Virus record (IMG/VR): IMGVR_UViG_3300021400_000686
Span: 24,333-88,332 of that record
Strand: one strand, 5' to 3'
Source of the DNA: a virus
Taxonomy: Duplodnaviria > Caudoviricetes
DNA: 64,000 bases
Shown here: positions 35,639-45,313 of the stretch, in pieces
Numbering within the stretch: position 1 is the first letter of the stretch
Layout of the letters: each line of letters opens with the position of its first letter
Position numbers and translations under genes: made by a program
The notes under the pieces: model-generated
What the model was told of the DNA's origin: nothing
Database searches by the model: none
The model's input: the letters and a program-made list of their open reading frames with translations, nothing else

Positions 35639-36421
35639 TTAAATAACCTTGGCAAGCTCAACAGCTTCCTCGTATTTACTCAGCATCAGGGCTTTCAGGT
35701 TTGGAATTCCATATTTGTCCCTAAGACGTACAAACGCGTTATTTCTGTCAGCGTTGTTGTCAAATCGATCTCTAAGTATCGCAATTATGGAGTCAACTTG
35801 ACTCTGCGAGATTGTCTCCACGCTTGCGATATTATCGCTTTTATTTGGGCGTTCATCCTTTACCACAACGTCTCCGCTCGGCCCCTCCACGACATTTGCA
35901 TTCTCCGCCTGAACGATTTCAGGAAGATCAGTGCCCGCGTAAATGTATAGGCCAAGCCCAAACATCGCTAAATTTTTCGTCAGACACCGCATGATCGTTT
36001 TGTTAATGTCAAACATTGTCGCAGAGTCTACGTGTTTTTCAATGTACTCCGTCTGGACGTTTCCGTATCTGTCGTAAAAGCGCCCGTCCTCGGCTTTTTT
36101 GGCGTACTTAAAGTTCTTGTTGGCAACCTTGTACGAATACGGCTCCGCCTTCATTGCGTTATTCGCACTGTCCATAACAGGAAGCCACATCTCCCTTGTC
36201 ACGCCGTCTATGGTTACGGTCGTGAATACCATATACCCCGTCAATGGATCAAAAACATACGGGCGGTGGTTTTCATCCTTCCATACCTCGTATGTCGCAT
36301 CTGGATAACGCTTAATAGCTTCATCCCACGCCCACGCCCACGAAAGATAGGTAAGCCCATTTCTTTCCTCGGTATGACCGTTCACATTAACAGCTCGCAA
36401 AGTATTGAACGCATCAGCCAT
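35639..36421 (-). CDS. Sak3/DUF1071 single-strand annealing protein
   Basis: NGLTYLSWAWAW...REMWLPVMD...DINKTIMRCLTKNLAMFGLGLYIYAG. Confidence 0.85.
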   Translation of the reverse strand: MADAFNTLRAVNVNGHTEERNGLTYLSWAWAWDEAIKRYPDATYEVWKDENHRPYVFDPLTGYMVFTTVTIDGVTREMWLPVMDSANNAMKAEPYSYKVANKNFKYAKKAEDGRFYDRYGNVQTEYIEKHVDSATMFDINKTIMRCLTKNLAMFGLGLYIYAGTDLPEIVQAENANVVEGPSGDVVVKDERPNKSDNIASVETISQSQVDSIIAILRDRFDNNADRNNAFVRLRDKYGIPNLKALMLSKYEEAVELAKVI

Positions 36422-36435
36422 TTGTGTTTCCTCCC

Positions 36436-37104
36436 TTATACTCTTACAGTCACCGTGACTTTTTCACGATACCGAACCCCCGGTATAGACACCTTTCCTT
36501 TAGTCCCTCGGATCAGCGCGATAACGGCCTTTTCATCAACTGGGCGAATTTCAACCCCCGCGACCGATATCGGAACCGCCTCGGGATCGATTGAAACGAT
36601 TTCCCAGTCTTTCCTCTGGCCAACGCCACCAACAGTTGGCTTTGCAACTTCGACTGTTGTAGACATCGCGCTTTCCATCACCGACGCCTCCGCTCTCGCA
36701 ATTTCCGCCCCCTCATCGTCACCGATCAGGGAAGCTTCCTCCGCCTCGCGCATCTTGGCTTCCATTTCGGCCTTGGCAAGCTCTCTAATCCTCGCCTCTT
36801 CCTCTCTCTTTCTACGCTCAACCTCCATCATGTAGGACGCCATTTTGTCCTTTGTGGTTTTCTCCGCCTCCTTGAACGGATTAAGCGCTTCGGACTTAAA
36901 TGCATTGACCTCCTTGTAGGCCTCGTACGACTTACGCCAGAACGGCTCAATCTTTTTCTCGATTTCCTTCTGCCTACGCTTCAAATCCTTCAGAAACTCG
37001 CCAGCTGTTTTGTATTGTTCATCGTTATGAACCTCGATTGCCGACGCCATCTGTTCCACCGCCGAAATCTCTTTCAGCACCTCCTGTTTTTCGATCTGCT
37101 CCAT
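36436..37104 (-). CDS. Coiled-coil phage protein of the recombination module
   Basis: Start re-called at MEQIEK because the promoter at 37130-37158 lies inside the longer ORF call. Confidence 0.6.
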   Translation of the reverse strand: MEQIEKQEVLKEISAVEQMASAIEVHNDEQYKTAGEFLKDLKRRQKEIEKKIEPFWRKSYEAYKEVNAFKSEALNPFKEAEKTTKDKMASYMMEVERRKREEEARIRELAKAEMEAKMREAEEASLIGDDEGAEIARAEASVMESAMSTTVEVAKPTVGGVGQRKDWEIVSIDPEAVPISVAGVEIRPVDEKAVIALIRGTKGKVSIPGVRYREKVTVTVRV

Positions 37105-37129
37105 AGCAAGTCCCCCCCTTTCACACTGT

Positions 37130-37158
37130 ATTTTACAACATATTGTGCAATATGTCAA
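37130..37158 (-). promoter_or_regulatory. Sigma70 promoter with palindromic operator
   Basis: TTGACA-TATTGCACAATATGTTG-TAAAAT. Confidence 0.75.
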
Positions 37159-37161
37159 CAG

Positions 37162-37752
37162 TTAATTTGAATAGTCGTAAATCGTCTTGCACGCGCCGAA
37201 AGCCCTCCACGCCTCGGCATCTTTTGTCGGATACACAATCTCCTTGTACTTCCGATCTTTTGATAAATGCAAGATTATTTTTTTGTCAATCGAAATACCT
37301 TGCGTGGCAAGCGCTTGCGCATATGCTTCCAGTTGCAAGCGATAATTCTTATCGATCACCGTATAGCTCGTTTTATAATCGACAAGCCACGTTTCGTCCC
37401 CGACCGTCGCGATCAAATCCGCCGTCCCCGCGTAACGCATGATCTTGTGGTAAAAACGATATTCGCACGCTTCAACCTTTGGCGCCCTTAAGGCAAACCA
37501 ATCTTCATACGCGCCCGTGTATCCAGAAAGAGTCGGTTCAATATCCATGATCCCGTACTTGTTGAACAGCTCAATCGCATTGTGCACAGCAGTTCCCTTA
37601 TCCGCCGCGTTCTGCAAAACCACTGCGCTGATATGCTGATATCCCTTTGTGGTTATCGGTTCGATGATTTTGCTTACAGACGGAATTTGTACACCGTTAA
37701 GCGTATAGATATGCCCCACTTCCTCAAATTCAAGCTCCCTCAGATTCTCCAT
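37162..37752 (-). CDS. PD-(D/E)xK exonuclease
   Basis: PSVSKII, KGTAVH, YAGTADLI, LVDYKT, LQLEAY. Confidence 0.85.
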   Translation of the reverse strand: MENLRELEFEEVGHIYTLNGVQIPSVSKIIEPITTKGYQHISAVVLQNAADKGTAVHNAIELFNKYGIMDIEPTLSGYTGAYEDWFALRAPKVEACEYRFYHKIMRYAGTADLIATVGDETWLVDYKTSYTVIDKNYRLQLEAYAQALATQGISIDKKIILHLSKDRKYKEIVYPTKDAEAWRAFGACKTIYDYSN

Positions 37753-37799
37753 CTTTACCCCTCTCCGATTCTTCTATCGGCTCTACAAATATCGAAATA

Positions 37800-38027
37800 T
37801 CAATCGGCATCCCCACCATAAGGTAACGCTCCACGGTAAAATATTGTATTGAACTGTTTCAGCGAAAGTCCAAAAAGCCCGACAAGCATCAGCTTTTCCC
37901 CGTCGTCAAAACTACGCATTCCTCGCTCTTTGAGCGAATAAGATTGCTTCGTTATTCCGAGCTTGCTTGCCATGTCTTCTTGTGTATAGCCGAACAACGT
38001 TCGCAGTGCTTTTAACTCGTATCTCAT
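37800..38027 (-). CDS. Cro-like XRE HTH regulator
   Basis: LKALRTLFGYTQEDMASKLGITKQSYSLKERG; start re-called at MRYELK. Confidence 0.8.
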   Translation of the reverse strand: MRYELKALRTLFGYTQEDMASKLGITKQSYSLKERGMRSFDDGEKLMLVGLFGLSLKQFNTIFYRGALPYGGDAD

Positions 38028-38047
38028 GCAAATCCCCCTATGCGAAG

Positions 38048-38076
38048 AGTATAGCATACCTATAGGTATTTGTCAA
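38048..38076 (-). promoter_or_regulatory. Cro-side promoter with ATACCTATAGGTAT palindrome in the spacer
   Basis: TTGACA-AATACCTATAGGTATGC-TATACT. Confidence 0.75.
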
Positions 38077-38179
38077 CGGCTAAATTTGTACTTTATGTTT
38101 ACTTTTGAATATATTTTATACCTTGCGGTAAACATTTTGTTGATTTTGTAAACAAATTATTATATAATAGGAAGAAAAA

Positions 38180-38566
38180 ATGAAAGGAGACAAAATGGAC
38201 ATATTAGTAAACAACGAGCAAGTGCTGATCGAGCTCGAAAATAAAGACTTTCACAGGTTCAATGAACGGGTAAGGCTTTTATCTTACGCGCGTAGTTTAG
38301 GATACCCAGACCTAACAAAAGCATGCAAAGTACCGCCCAACACGTTTTACCGCTACAACACAGGCATCAAGCACCCAGACGTTAAGACCCTCGCTAAGCT
38401 ATCTGTCTTCTTCGGCGTGAGTATGAACTGGCTGATCGGGATCGAAGACTATGCCGTGAAAGAAGAAGAGCTCGTGGAACTTTTCAGAAGGGCGTACAAA
38501 GAGGATAAAGAAGCGATAATGGCGATCTTATCAAAATATGACGTCCAAAAGGAGACAAAAGCATGA
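38180..38566 (+). CDS. CI-like XRE repressor
   Basis: HTH region ...PDVKTLAKLSVFFGVSMNWLIG; divergent from the Cro-like gene and upstream of the integrase. Confidence 0.75.
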   Translation: MKGDKMDILVNNEQVLIELENKDFHRFNERVRLLSYARSLGYPDLTKACKVPPNTFYRYNTGIKHPDVKTLAKLSVFFGVSMNWLIGIEDYAVKEEELVELFRRAYKEDKEAIMAILSKYDVQKETKA

Positions 38567-38949
38567 TCTCTGGGGATACTGGTTATTGTCGTCGCATGTC
38601 GGAACATGGATACGACGAAGATGTCCTTATCGAATACTTATTCACGCTCGACGCTATTACTGGTATAGAGACCAGTGAAACGGATGACGCCATTGTCTTT
38701 TCATTCCGTCTTGACAATGAGTCGTGCCCTCTTCTTGTGTTCCGTGAAAGCGGTTGCACAACAAACCCTGAAGGTATCAGAAAGTTTTTATCTATTCACG
38801 GGCACCTTCCATTCGAGGCAGAAGATTTCTTTACCGATGTCGGGGAGGAAAACGGGATTGTTCCAATCCCACTCGAAAGCGAGGATTGTGACCCGATCAT
38901 CTTAGCAGTGTACAGGCTAATGCGTGTCCTGAATTATCATGGCCAATAA
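38563..38949 (+). CDS. Hypothetical protein in the lysogeny cassette
   Basis: Overlaps the repressor and integrase reading frames. Confidence 0.5.
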   Translation: MISGDTGYCRRMSEHGYDEDVLIEYLFTLDAITGIETSETDDAIVFSFRLDNESCPLLVFRESGCTTNPEGIRKFLSIHGHLPFEAEDFFTDVGEENGIVPIPLESEDCDPIILAVYRLMRVLNYHGQ

Positions 38950-40594
38950 AGTAGCAATTTATGTCCGCGTATCAACGCAATATCAAGTAGACCGAGAGTC
39001 GCTTCCAGTGCAACGGAGGGAGCTTTCGGCGTATTCCGAGTATGTCCTTGGGATCAACGACTATGAAATATTTGAAGACGCGGGGTACTCGGCGAAAAAC
39101 ACGGACAGGCCATCGTTCCAACAGATGATGTCGAGAGTCCGACAACATGAGTTTTCCCACATGCTTGTGTGGAAAATTGACAGGATCAGCCGAAATCTTC
39201 TCGACTTTGCAGAAATGTACGCTGAGCTTAAAAAGCTCGGCGTGACTTTCGTGTCTAAACACGAGCAGTTTGATACGTCTACCGCCATCGGCGAAGCCAT
39301 GTTGAAAATCATCCTTGTGTTTGCTGAGCTTGAACGGAAGATGATCGGCGAACGAGTCGCGGCGGTAATGCTGTCTCGCGCATCAGAGGGAAAGTACAAC
39401 GGAGGAACCCCTCCCTTCGGATACACGAGGGACGGAACAACAATTGTCGTCAACGAGGAAGAACGCCCCACGGTGGAACGGATATACAAGCTATATCTCT
39501 CAGGGGAGTCAACCCACAGCATTTCCAAAATGCTAAACAACGAAGGCGTGAGCAAACGCGGAGCGACTTGGTGCGCCCAAACAGTACGCGCCATTTTAAG
39601 GAGTCCAACGTACATCGGTACAATGCGGTACAACGTGTCCGACCTTGAAAAGTCAAAAATTAAGCCAAAAGAGCAATGGATAATAATCGAGGATCACCAC
39701 GAACCAATTGTCTCCCCAGAGACATTCAACGCAGTACAAGAAATGCTTGATAATAACAGACGCGGCGCTCATAAGCTCGGGGACACCTACACGTCGAAAT
39801 ATGTAAATATCTTTGCGGGGTTGATACGCTGTTATTACTGTGGGGATAACGCAAGCGCACACACGGATCATGTAAGGCGTAAGACAGGAATAAGGCCATG
39901 CGCTTATATTTGCGCAAGGAGGCGTAACGCCGTCGGGTCTTGCCAGAACAAGAGCATTATGGACTCCACTCTTGTCCCGTTCATATTTACCCTTGTTGGC
40001 AACGCGCTTAGGTTACGCTCGTCTATACCCAAGAACGCCACTATCGCTTATGTAAAAACCAAGCTTCTCTACGACAGCTTCCACGAAGTTATGATCGCGG
40101 ACGATATCCCAGATGAAGACGTTGTGGCAATATCAAAGATGCTGAAAGCGAACCTCAAGAAGAGGGAATACTCGCCATCCATCCTCACGGGTGTGCACGA
40201 TGAACGAAATGCTCTTGTCGAGCAAAAGAGAAAACAAGAGACCGCGCTTGAAAGATTGCACTCGCTATATCTGTACGGATCATCCGCAATGCCAGAAGCC
40301 CAGTATATAATCGAGCGCGAAGCGATCCAGAAGGAAATAGAAAAGATCGAATCCCAACTTAAGCACATAAAAGAACCGCCGACCAATGAACGCTTAGCAG
40401 AGTCCCTGTCGGCGATGTCTGATATGCTTAGCAACGGAATTGATTATGTGAAGTTTGTCAAAACAATTAACCCCACTATCCCTAAAGACTTTGTGAACGC
40501 GATCATTGATCATATCGTCGCCAAAGACGGGAAAGTCGAGTCTGTAGTTTTCAAAAACTCGCTTACATTGCATTTCATATATAAAGCCCCTTGA
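38939..40594 (+). CDS. Large serine recombinase (integrase)
   Basis: VAIYVRVST, DAGYSAKNTDRP, WKIDRISRN, recombinase domain PPFGY, Zn ribbon CYYC...C...C, coiled coil. Confidence 0.93.
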   Translation: MANKVAIYVRVSTQYQVDRESLPVQRRELSAYSEYVLGINDYEIFEDAGYSAKNTDRPSFQQMMSRVRQHEFSHMLVWKIDRISRNLLDFAEMYAELKKLGVTFVSKHEQFDTSTAIGEAMLKIILVFAELERKMIGERVAAVMLSRASEGKYNGGTPPFGYTRDGTTIVVNEEERPTVERIYKLYLSGESTHSISKMLNNEGVSKRGATWCAQTVRAILRSPTYIGTMRYNVSDLEKSKIKPKEQWIIIEDHHEPIVSPETFNAVQEMLDNNRRGAHKLGDTYTSKYVNIFAGLIRCYYCGDNASAHTDHVRRKTGIRPCAYICARRRNAVGSCQNKSIMDSTLVPFIFTLVGNALRLRSSIPKNATIAYVKTKLLYDSFHEVMIADDIPDEDVVAISKMLKANLKKREYSPSILTGVHDERNALVEQKRKQETALERLHSLYLYGSSAMPEAQYIIEREAIQKEIEKIESQLKHIKEPPTNERLAESLSAMSDMLSNGIDYVKFVKTINPTIPKDFVNAIIDHIVAKDGKVESVVFKNSLTLHFIYKAP

Positions 40595-40613
40595 CGCGCT
40601 CAAAGGGGCTTTA
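40582..40613. terminator. Bidirectional terminator between the integrase and the convergent early genes
   Basis: TAAAGCCCCTTG-ACGCGCT-CAAAGGGGCTTTA. Confidence 0.7.
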
Positions 40614-41515
40614 TTTTAATCCTAAGCCTTCGCTCGGTAAAATATTCGTCTTTCGTTACTCAGGCCGTAAAAACGCCGTTTTTCGCGCCTCACAGCGATT
40701 TTGTCATACATTTTGGAACACGTGGCTTCCCACGAATTCCAATAACGTGTAAATTCACGGTCTATTCCCGTCGAATTTCGTCTGCAACCTTCGCCATTCA
40801 AACCAATTTGTGCCCCTTATCAGTCTATGTTCAGCCACACAAGCGTTTCTTCGACGCCCCACTTGTCGAACTTATCATAATTTGGCTTTCCGCCGATAAA
40901 ATCAGGCTCTTCTTCCGCGCCAGACGGGAAGGACAACTTAGTGTACTCCCCACGCTTCACATCCTCCGCAAACGGATACAGTTCTTTCATCTTCCCCCCT
41001 TGTCCACTATCATTTCCACCATGCGCTCCACACTAAGTCCCTCTGGGCAAGCCTCGCGCTGTGCAAATATGTTTCGCGTCATCCGTTCGGCCTCATCCGC
41101 GTCGTAGCCCTTACGAATGATCTTGTTCATAACGATCATGAAATTTCGGTATGTCATCTTTTTAATCATCTCACCATCTCCCTCACATTTTCCTTCTGGA
41201 ACCGCGCCCCATCGGAGGGCAACCGCCCTCCGTCATCCAACCTTACACCGCGTGAGATCAGTCTGCTTAACCACACGGTATTCCTTGTGCTCATTAACCA
41301 TTTCAATAACGTGTAAATTTACTGTCTAATCACACTGGATTTCGTCTGCAACCTTTGCCGAACACACCAAGTTATATACTTTACCAGTAATAGTGTCCAT
41401 CAATTTCTCCTCACGTCTACATCCGTCCGTGTACATAAGATCATTGTGCAACGCAATACAGTCATCCAAAATGTGCATCAGCTCTTCCATCTGTCTTTTC
41501 GTCATATTACCTCCA

Positions 41516-42679
41516 TCACGCAATCCGACAACGTGTAAGCTCCGTCTGTTTCACGCCACGGAACTCTTTATGCTCCTTAACCGTACCAACCATCTTTCCA
41601 CTATCAGGAATCCCTCGCGAGGTTTTCCAAGTGAAGACATTCCCGTCCTTGTCCAGTATCTTCCACACGTAGGTCGTTCCATACATCGTCTCCCAAGAAG
41701 TGATCAGACGAGTTTCAGAGATGTCAAACGCGACGCGCTTACCAACCTCCCCGACCCAGTTCGAAAGAGCACCTTTTTCGGCTTCTTTCCGACGCGTTGC
41801 TTCGCGCTCAAGCTCCCTGTCGTACGTCGGGAACAGAGACGCAAGAATCCCGAAGTGACCTGCACTAATCATTTCCAGAGACACCGCCGTTTTAAGATTG
41901 TGCATATAGTTGTTGTTCTCAGGCTGTTCGTTCAGCCAAGCAATTGCATCCTCAACCGTCTTCACGGCCTCGTCGCTCTCGGCATTGAACCCACATTCAG
42001 CCATCTCGTTTTTGTACTCTTCCCGAAGATCACCATAGAAGCGCCAACCGTGATCCACGCCATAATAGCTTTCGGCTCTATCCGCAGTCGCTCGCGTCCA
42101 AGAACCGCTCTTGACATATCCGAAGTGACGGATCGTCTCAGCAACGTATCGAAGATATTCCTTCGTTCCGTAATACCGAGTGATTGAGCAACCAACAGTA
42201 GCCTCGCCACTAATCAGCTCGTCAATACCGTTCATATACATCGCAACGCCCTCGGCACTCATACCATGCGTGTAATCGCAAAGGCAATTTCGACCGACTT
42301 GCTTGAACTCACCAGTCTCGTCGTTTCGTACAATGTACGTGTGACGAACCCGCTTATTTCCGCAGTGCTCACACTTGGGGTCACCACAGTAATATCTCTC
42401 AGGAACCTCTATGTCTGTTGCGCGAGAGATGATGTTCCCTTTTTCAGTGTGATCAAGAGACGCCACAAACCGCCAACCGTTGATCACCGAGTGGCCTTCC
42501 GCCTCTACCAGAATAAACCGCGCGTTCACGGTGTTTCCGTTGTCGTCCGTAACCTCTCGATATTCTTCCCCGACTTCCTCGTATCGGAAATCACAACCAT
42601 ACTTCGCACATTTATTACGAATACGAGTCATTTTCTTCCGAAGCCGTTCAAGATTTCCTTCAAAGATCGCGTATCTCAT
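41516..42679 (-). CDS. Hypothetical early protein with Zn finger and C-terminal OB-fold-like region
   Basis: CEHCGNKR...VGRNC; C-terminal VGEVGKR...TWKTS...GTVKEHKEFRGVKQTELTRC. Confidence 0.6.
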   Translation of the reverse strand: MRYAIFEGNLERLRKKMTRIRNKCAKYGCDFRYEEVGEEYREVTDDNGNTVNARFILVEAEGHSVINGWRFVASLDHTEKGNIISRATDIEVPERYYCGDPKCEHCGNKRVRHTYIVRNDETGEFKQVGRNCLCDYTHGMSAEGVAMYMNGIDELISGEATVGCSITRYYGTKEYLRYVAETIRHFGYVKSGSWTRATADRAESYYGVDHGWRFYGDLREEYKNEMAECGFNAESDEAVKTVEDAIAWLNEQPENNNYMHNLKTAVSLEMISAGHFGILASLFPTYDRELEREATRRKEAEKGALSNWVGEVGKRVAFDISETRLITSWETMYGTTYVWKILDKDGNVFTWKTSRGIPDSGKMVGTVKEHKEFRGVKQTELTRCRIA

Positions 42680-42736
42680 TTCTACCTTCCTTTCACATTG
42701 GGCACCATTGCCACCGTAGGAACTCCCTACATGTGT

Positions 42737-45276
42737 ATTGTATCATATATTGTTCAATATGTCAATACTTATTTTTCTTTTCCGTTTACGAACTCCCAAA
42801 ACATATCGAACCCTTCCTGAGCGGAGCCCTCATACTTCTGGACGGGGCGAGGATCGTTTTCATGCGCAATTAACTCGTCTATTTTGCGCTGTTCTTCTTC
42901 ATGCTGAACCCTTAACGGCGCCCCCATGTATCCGTTATTGTCCTTCTCCACGCAGTATGTATGCCCCCTGTATTCGTACCACAATTCCGTATGCTTCCAC
43001 GCCTCCCGAGGATTTCTGTCTCTCGTAGACCCGATGTATCTCGCCTTGTTCATTATGCCCTCCTCATGCCTTAACCCATCCGCGAAGAACCTTATGGTTC
43101 ATGATGCTTTTCCAGAAATCGTTTGCTTCTTTCTTCGTTCTGAAGCTCCACCCTCTGGAATTCGTCTCCCGTTTGTTTGTTAGCCGAACCACATAAGGGC
43201 GTCCGTAAGCCATCTCGATCTCCTCATCTGTAACATCAACGCCATCTCGAAAGTATCGCAACTGGGCCTCACGGATACGCCCGATCTCCTCGGAATAGTC
43301 ATACACAATGCACTCCATTTTTGTCCAGTCTTGTGCAACGTAAAACGCATTCGCGCGAGGCCACAATGTCGACTCTCTTTTGTATGTTGCCAGTACCTTT
43401 TCTACCATAACCTCCCCCATTACTTGGCGAATCTGATGCTTATTCCTGTCTCTCGTGGGAACCCGTCCCCCTACAATTGTATTTTATCACATCTTGTTCA
43501 ATATGTCAATAGTTTCTTGAAACAATCAATAGAAAAGGGGCTCACCGCCCCTTATTACGCCTCGTATTCAACGCTGTACCATGTACACTCTTTGTCCCGT
43601 TCGATCAACCACGCTTCAAGCTCGTATTGCCGTTCCGCTTCAAGGTTCGCGTCCCCGTCCTCTTGGTATCGGAACCGTTTTTCCACAGTCGTTCCATCGG
43701 CGTATTTTCCTCTCGCTACCCAATACCCCATATACTCACTCCTCCTCCTCTTTTTCCAACTTCAGGCGCTTAATTGCCCGAATGCTAACCTTGTCGCTTA
43801 GTGTTGTCTTGTCGGCCACCTCGGCGATCATCTCCTCTTTGGAGCCCACCGTAATGTAACGCCACCGTCCGTCTTTTTCCCAACCAATTCTATAGATCAT
43901 ACTCCCCCCAATGCTCTTTTATGCGTACCGAGCGCTCATAGAAGAACCGCCGTTAGCCCATCGAATAATCTGCTCCGTGGAGACGTGAGGACGATGTCCG
44001 AAAATGTCCTTATGCCAATCAGACACAACATCCCAGTTGCTTCTCTCCCCGTGCTCCCGAATGTATTTCTTAAGCGACTCGACCGCTCTTGCATCCTCGG
44101 CCAAGCGATCCTCATATTCGCTGATACATTTGGCGACATAAGTAAGGCTTTCGCCCCCACAGAAATTCACTTTTCCACTGTCCATAAGGAAGAACTCAAC
44201 ATCATCAATGGAAGTGATATCCTTATACCCGCAAGGCGTGATCGTCACTCGATCCCCGTTGCATTCCATTGTCATCGTTACGGCCTTGAACCCGTTTTCC
44301 ATGAAACGGTCGACGAGCTCTTTTTCGATTTTCTCAACAGTTGTCATAGCGTCTACCTCCGTATGTTTAGCAGTCATCGTTGTCACAACGCCCCAAGATT
44401 AGAATCCGATTGTTACCGTCCCGTCTTTCCGAAGATTGACAGGATAATCGATCAGTCGCTCGACCATCTCCTTGCAGACGATCATTTCGTCAAGCATTCT
44501 TCTGGTCTCCCTGTCATCCATCCCGTAGCGCTCCTTACTCATCATAAAGTCATCCATCATCCCACGAAGATAATTGATCAGATCAGACGCGCTGATAGTA
44601 CGGTTCATAACGTCCTCTTCCCGAATAGCCTCACCAGTCAAAACATTAACCATCATATCCTTTATACCTCCCTTGATTGATGCCTCGGGGAACCATCTCC
44701 CCACATCATGTATTTTATCACATATTGGTCAATATGTCAATATGTTTTGCAAAAATATTTCACCTTTGATGTTCAAATAAAAAAAGAGGGGTCAACGCCC
44801 CTCAGTCTTCTCATAGAACCCGTACAGCGATTTGTACCCACAGTCCCATGTGTCATAGTATTTTCCATCCACCACCGCCACAACGTGATGTGCAACGCTC
44901 GCAATGTATGTTCCAGTAGGATGCGCTTTTGCGAACTCTTCGACCGTTGGCCTTTTCGACCCCTTCTTGTTGGAAATGCCCGTGTACTTGAACCCAAGCG
45001 TCTCCATCGCGCCACGCGTTCTTTTAAGATCGCCACCGAATATTGTATATGTCTGTAGCTCTCTACAAATTGGTACCGTCAAGTCAAAGGCCTCAACCCA
45101 TGTTAAACCAAGCGCCTTGCACAGCGCACGTATCTGGCAGTCACCCACCTCGTCTTTGATATCCTTCTTGTTAGGCTGATAATAAGCATACCTTTTCCCC
45201 ATATAAGAACCTCCCTGATTTTTTGGGGGTACCATCCCCACTCTTATATTATACCATATATTGGTCAATATGTCAA
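42737..45276 (-). promoter_or_regulatory. Four more operator-containing sigma70 promoters (42737-42765, 43481-43509, 44712-44740, 45248-45276)
   Basis: Each is TTGACA-17-TA(C/A/T)AAT with a CATATTG/CAAGATG-type palindromic spacer. Confidence 0.8.
43919..44386 (-). CDS. Hypothetical early protein
   Basis: ORF in early operon. Confidence 0.5.
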   Translation of the reverse strand: MTTMTAKHTEVDAMTTVEKIEKELVDRFMENGFKAVTMTMECNGDRVTITPCGYKDITSIDDVEFFLMDSGKVNFCGGESLTYVAKCISEYEDRLAEDARAVESLKKYIREHGERSNWDVVSDWHKDIFGHRPHVSTEQIIRWANGGSSMSARYA

Positions 45277-45313
45277 GCACCAATTTTAAGGGCATATTTT
45301 TAGAGGGAACCAA
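44792..45313 (-). CDS. Conserved hypothetical phage protein (true start probably MGKRYA)
   Basis: NPxK-like QPNKK...VGDCQIRALC...HVVAVVDGKYYDTWDCG; the promoter at 45248 lies inside the ORF call. Confidence 0.55.
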   Translation of the reverse strand: MVPSKNMPLKLVLDILTNIWYNIRVGMVPPKNQGGSYMGKRYAYYQPNKKDIKDEVGDCQIRALCKALGLTWVEAFDLTVPICRELQTYTIFGGDLKRTRGAMETLGFKYTGISNKKGSKRPTVEEFAKAHPTGTYIASVAHHVVAVVDGKYYDTWDCGYKSLYGFYEKTEGR

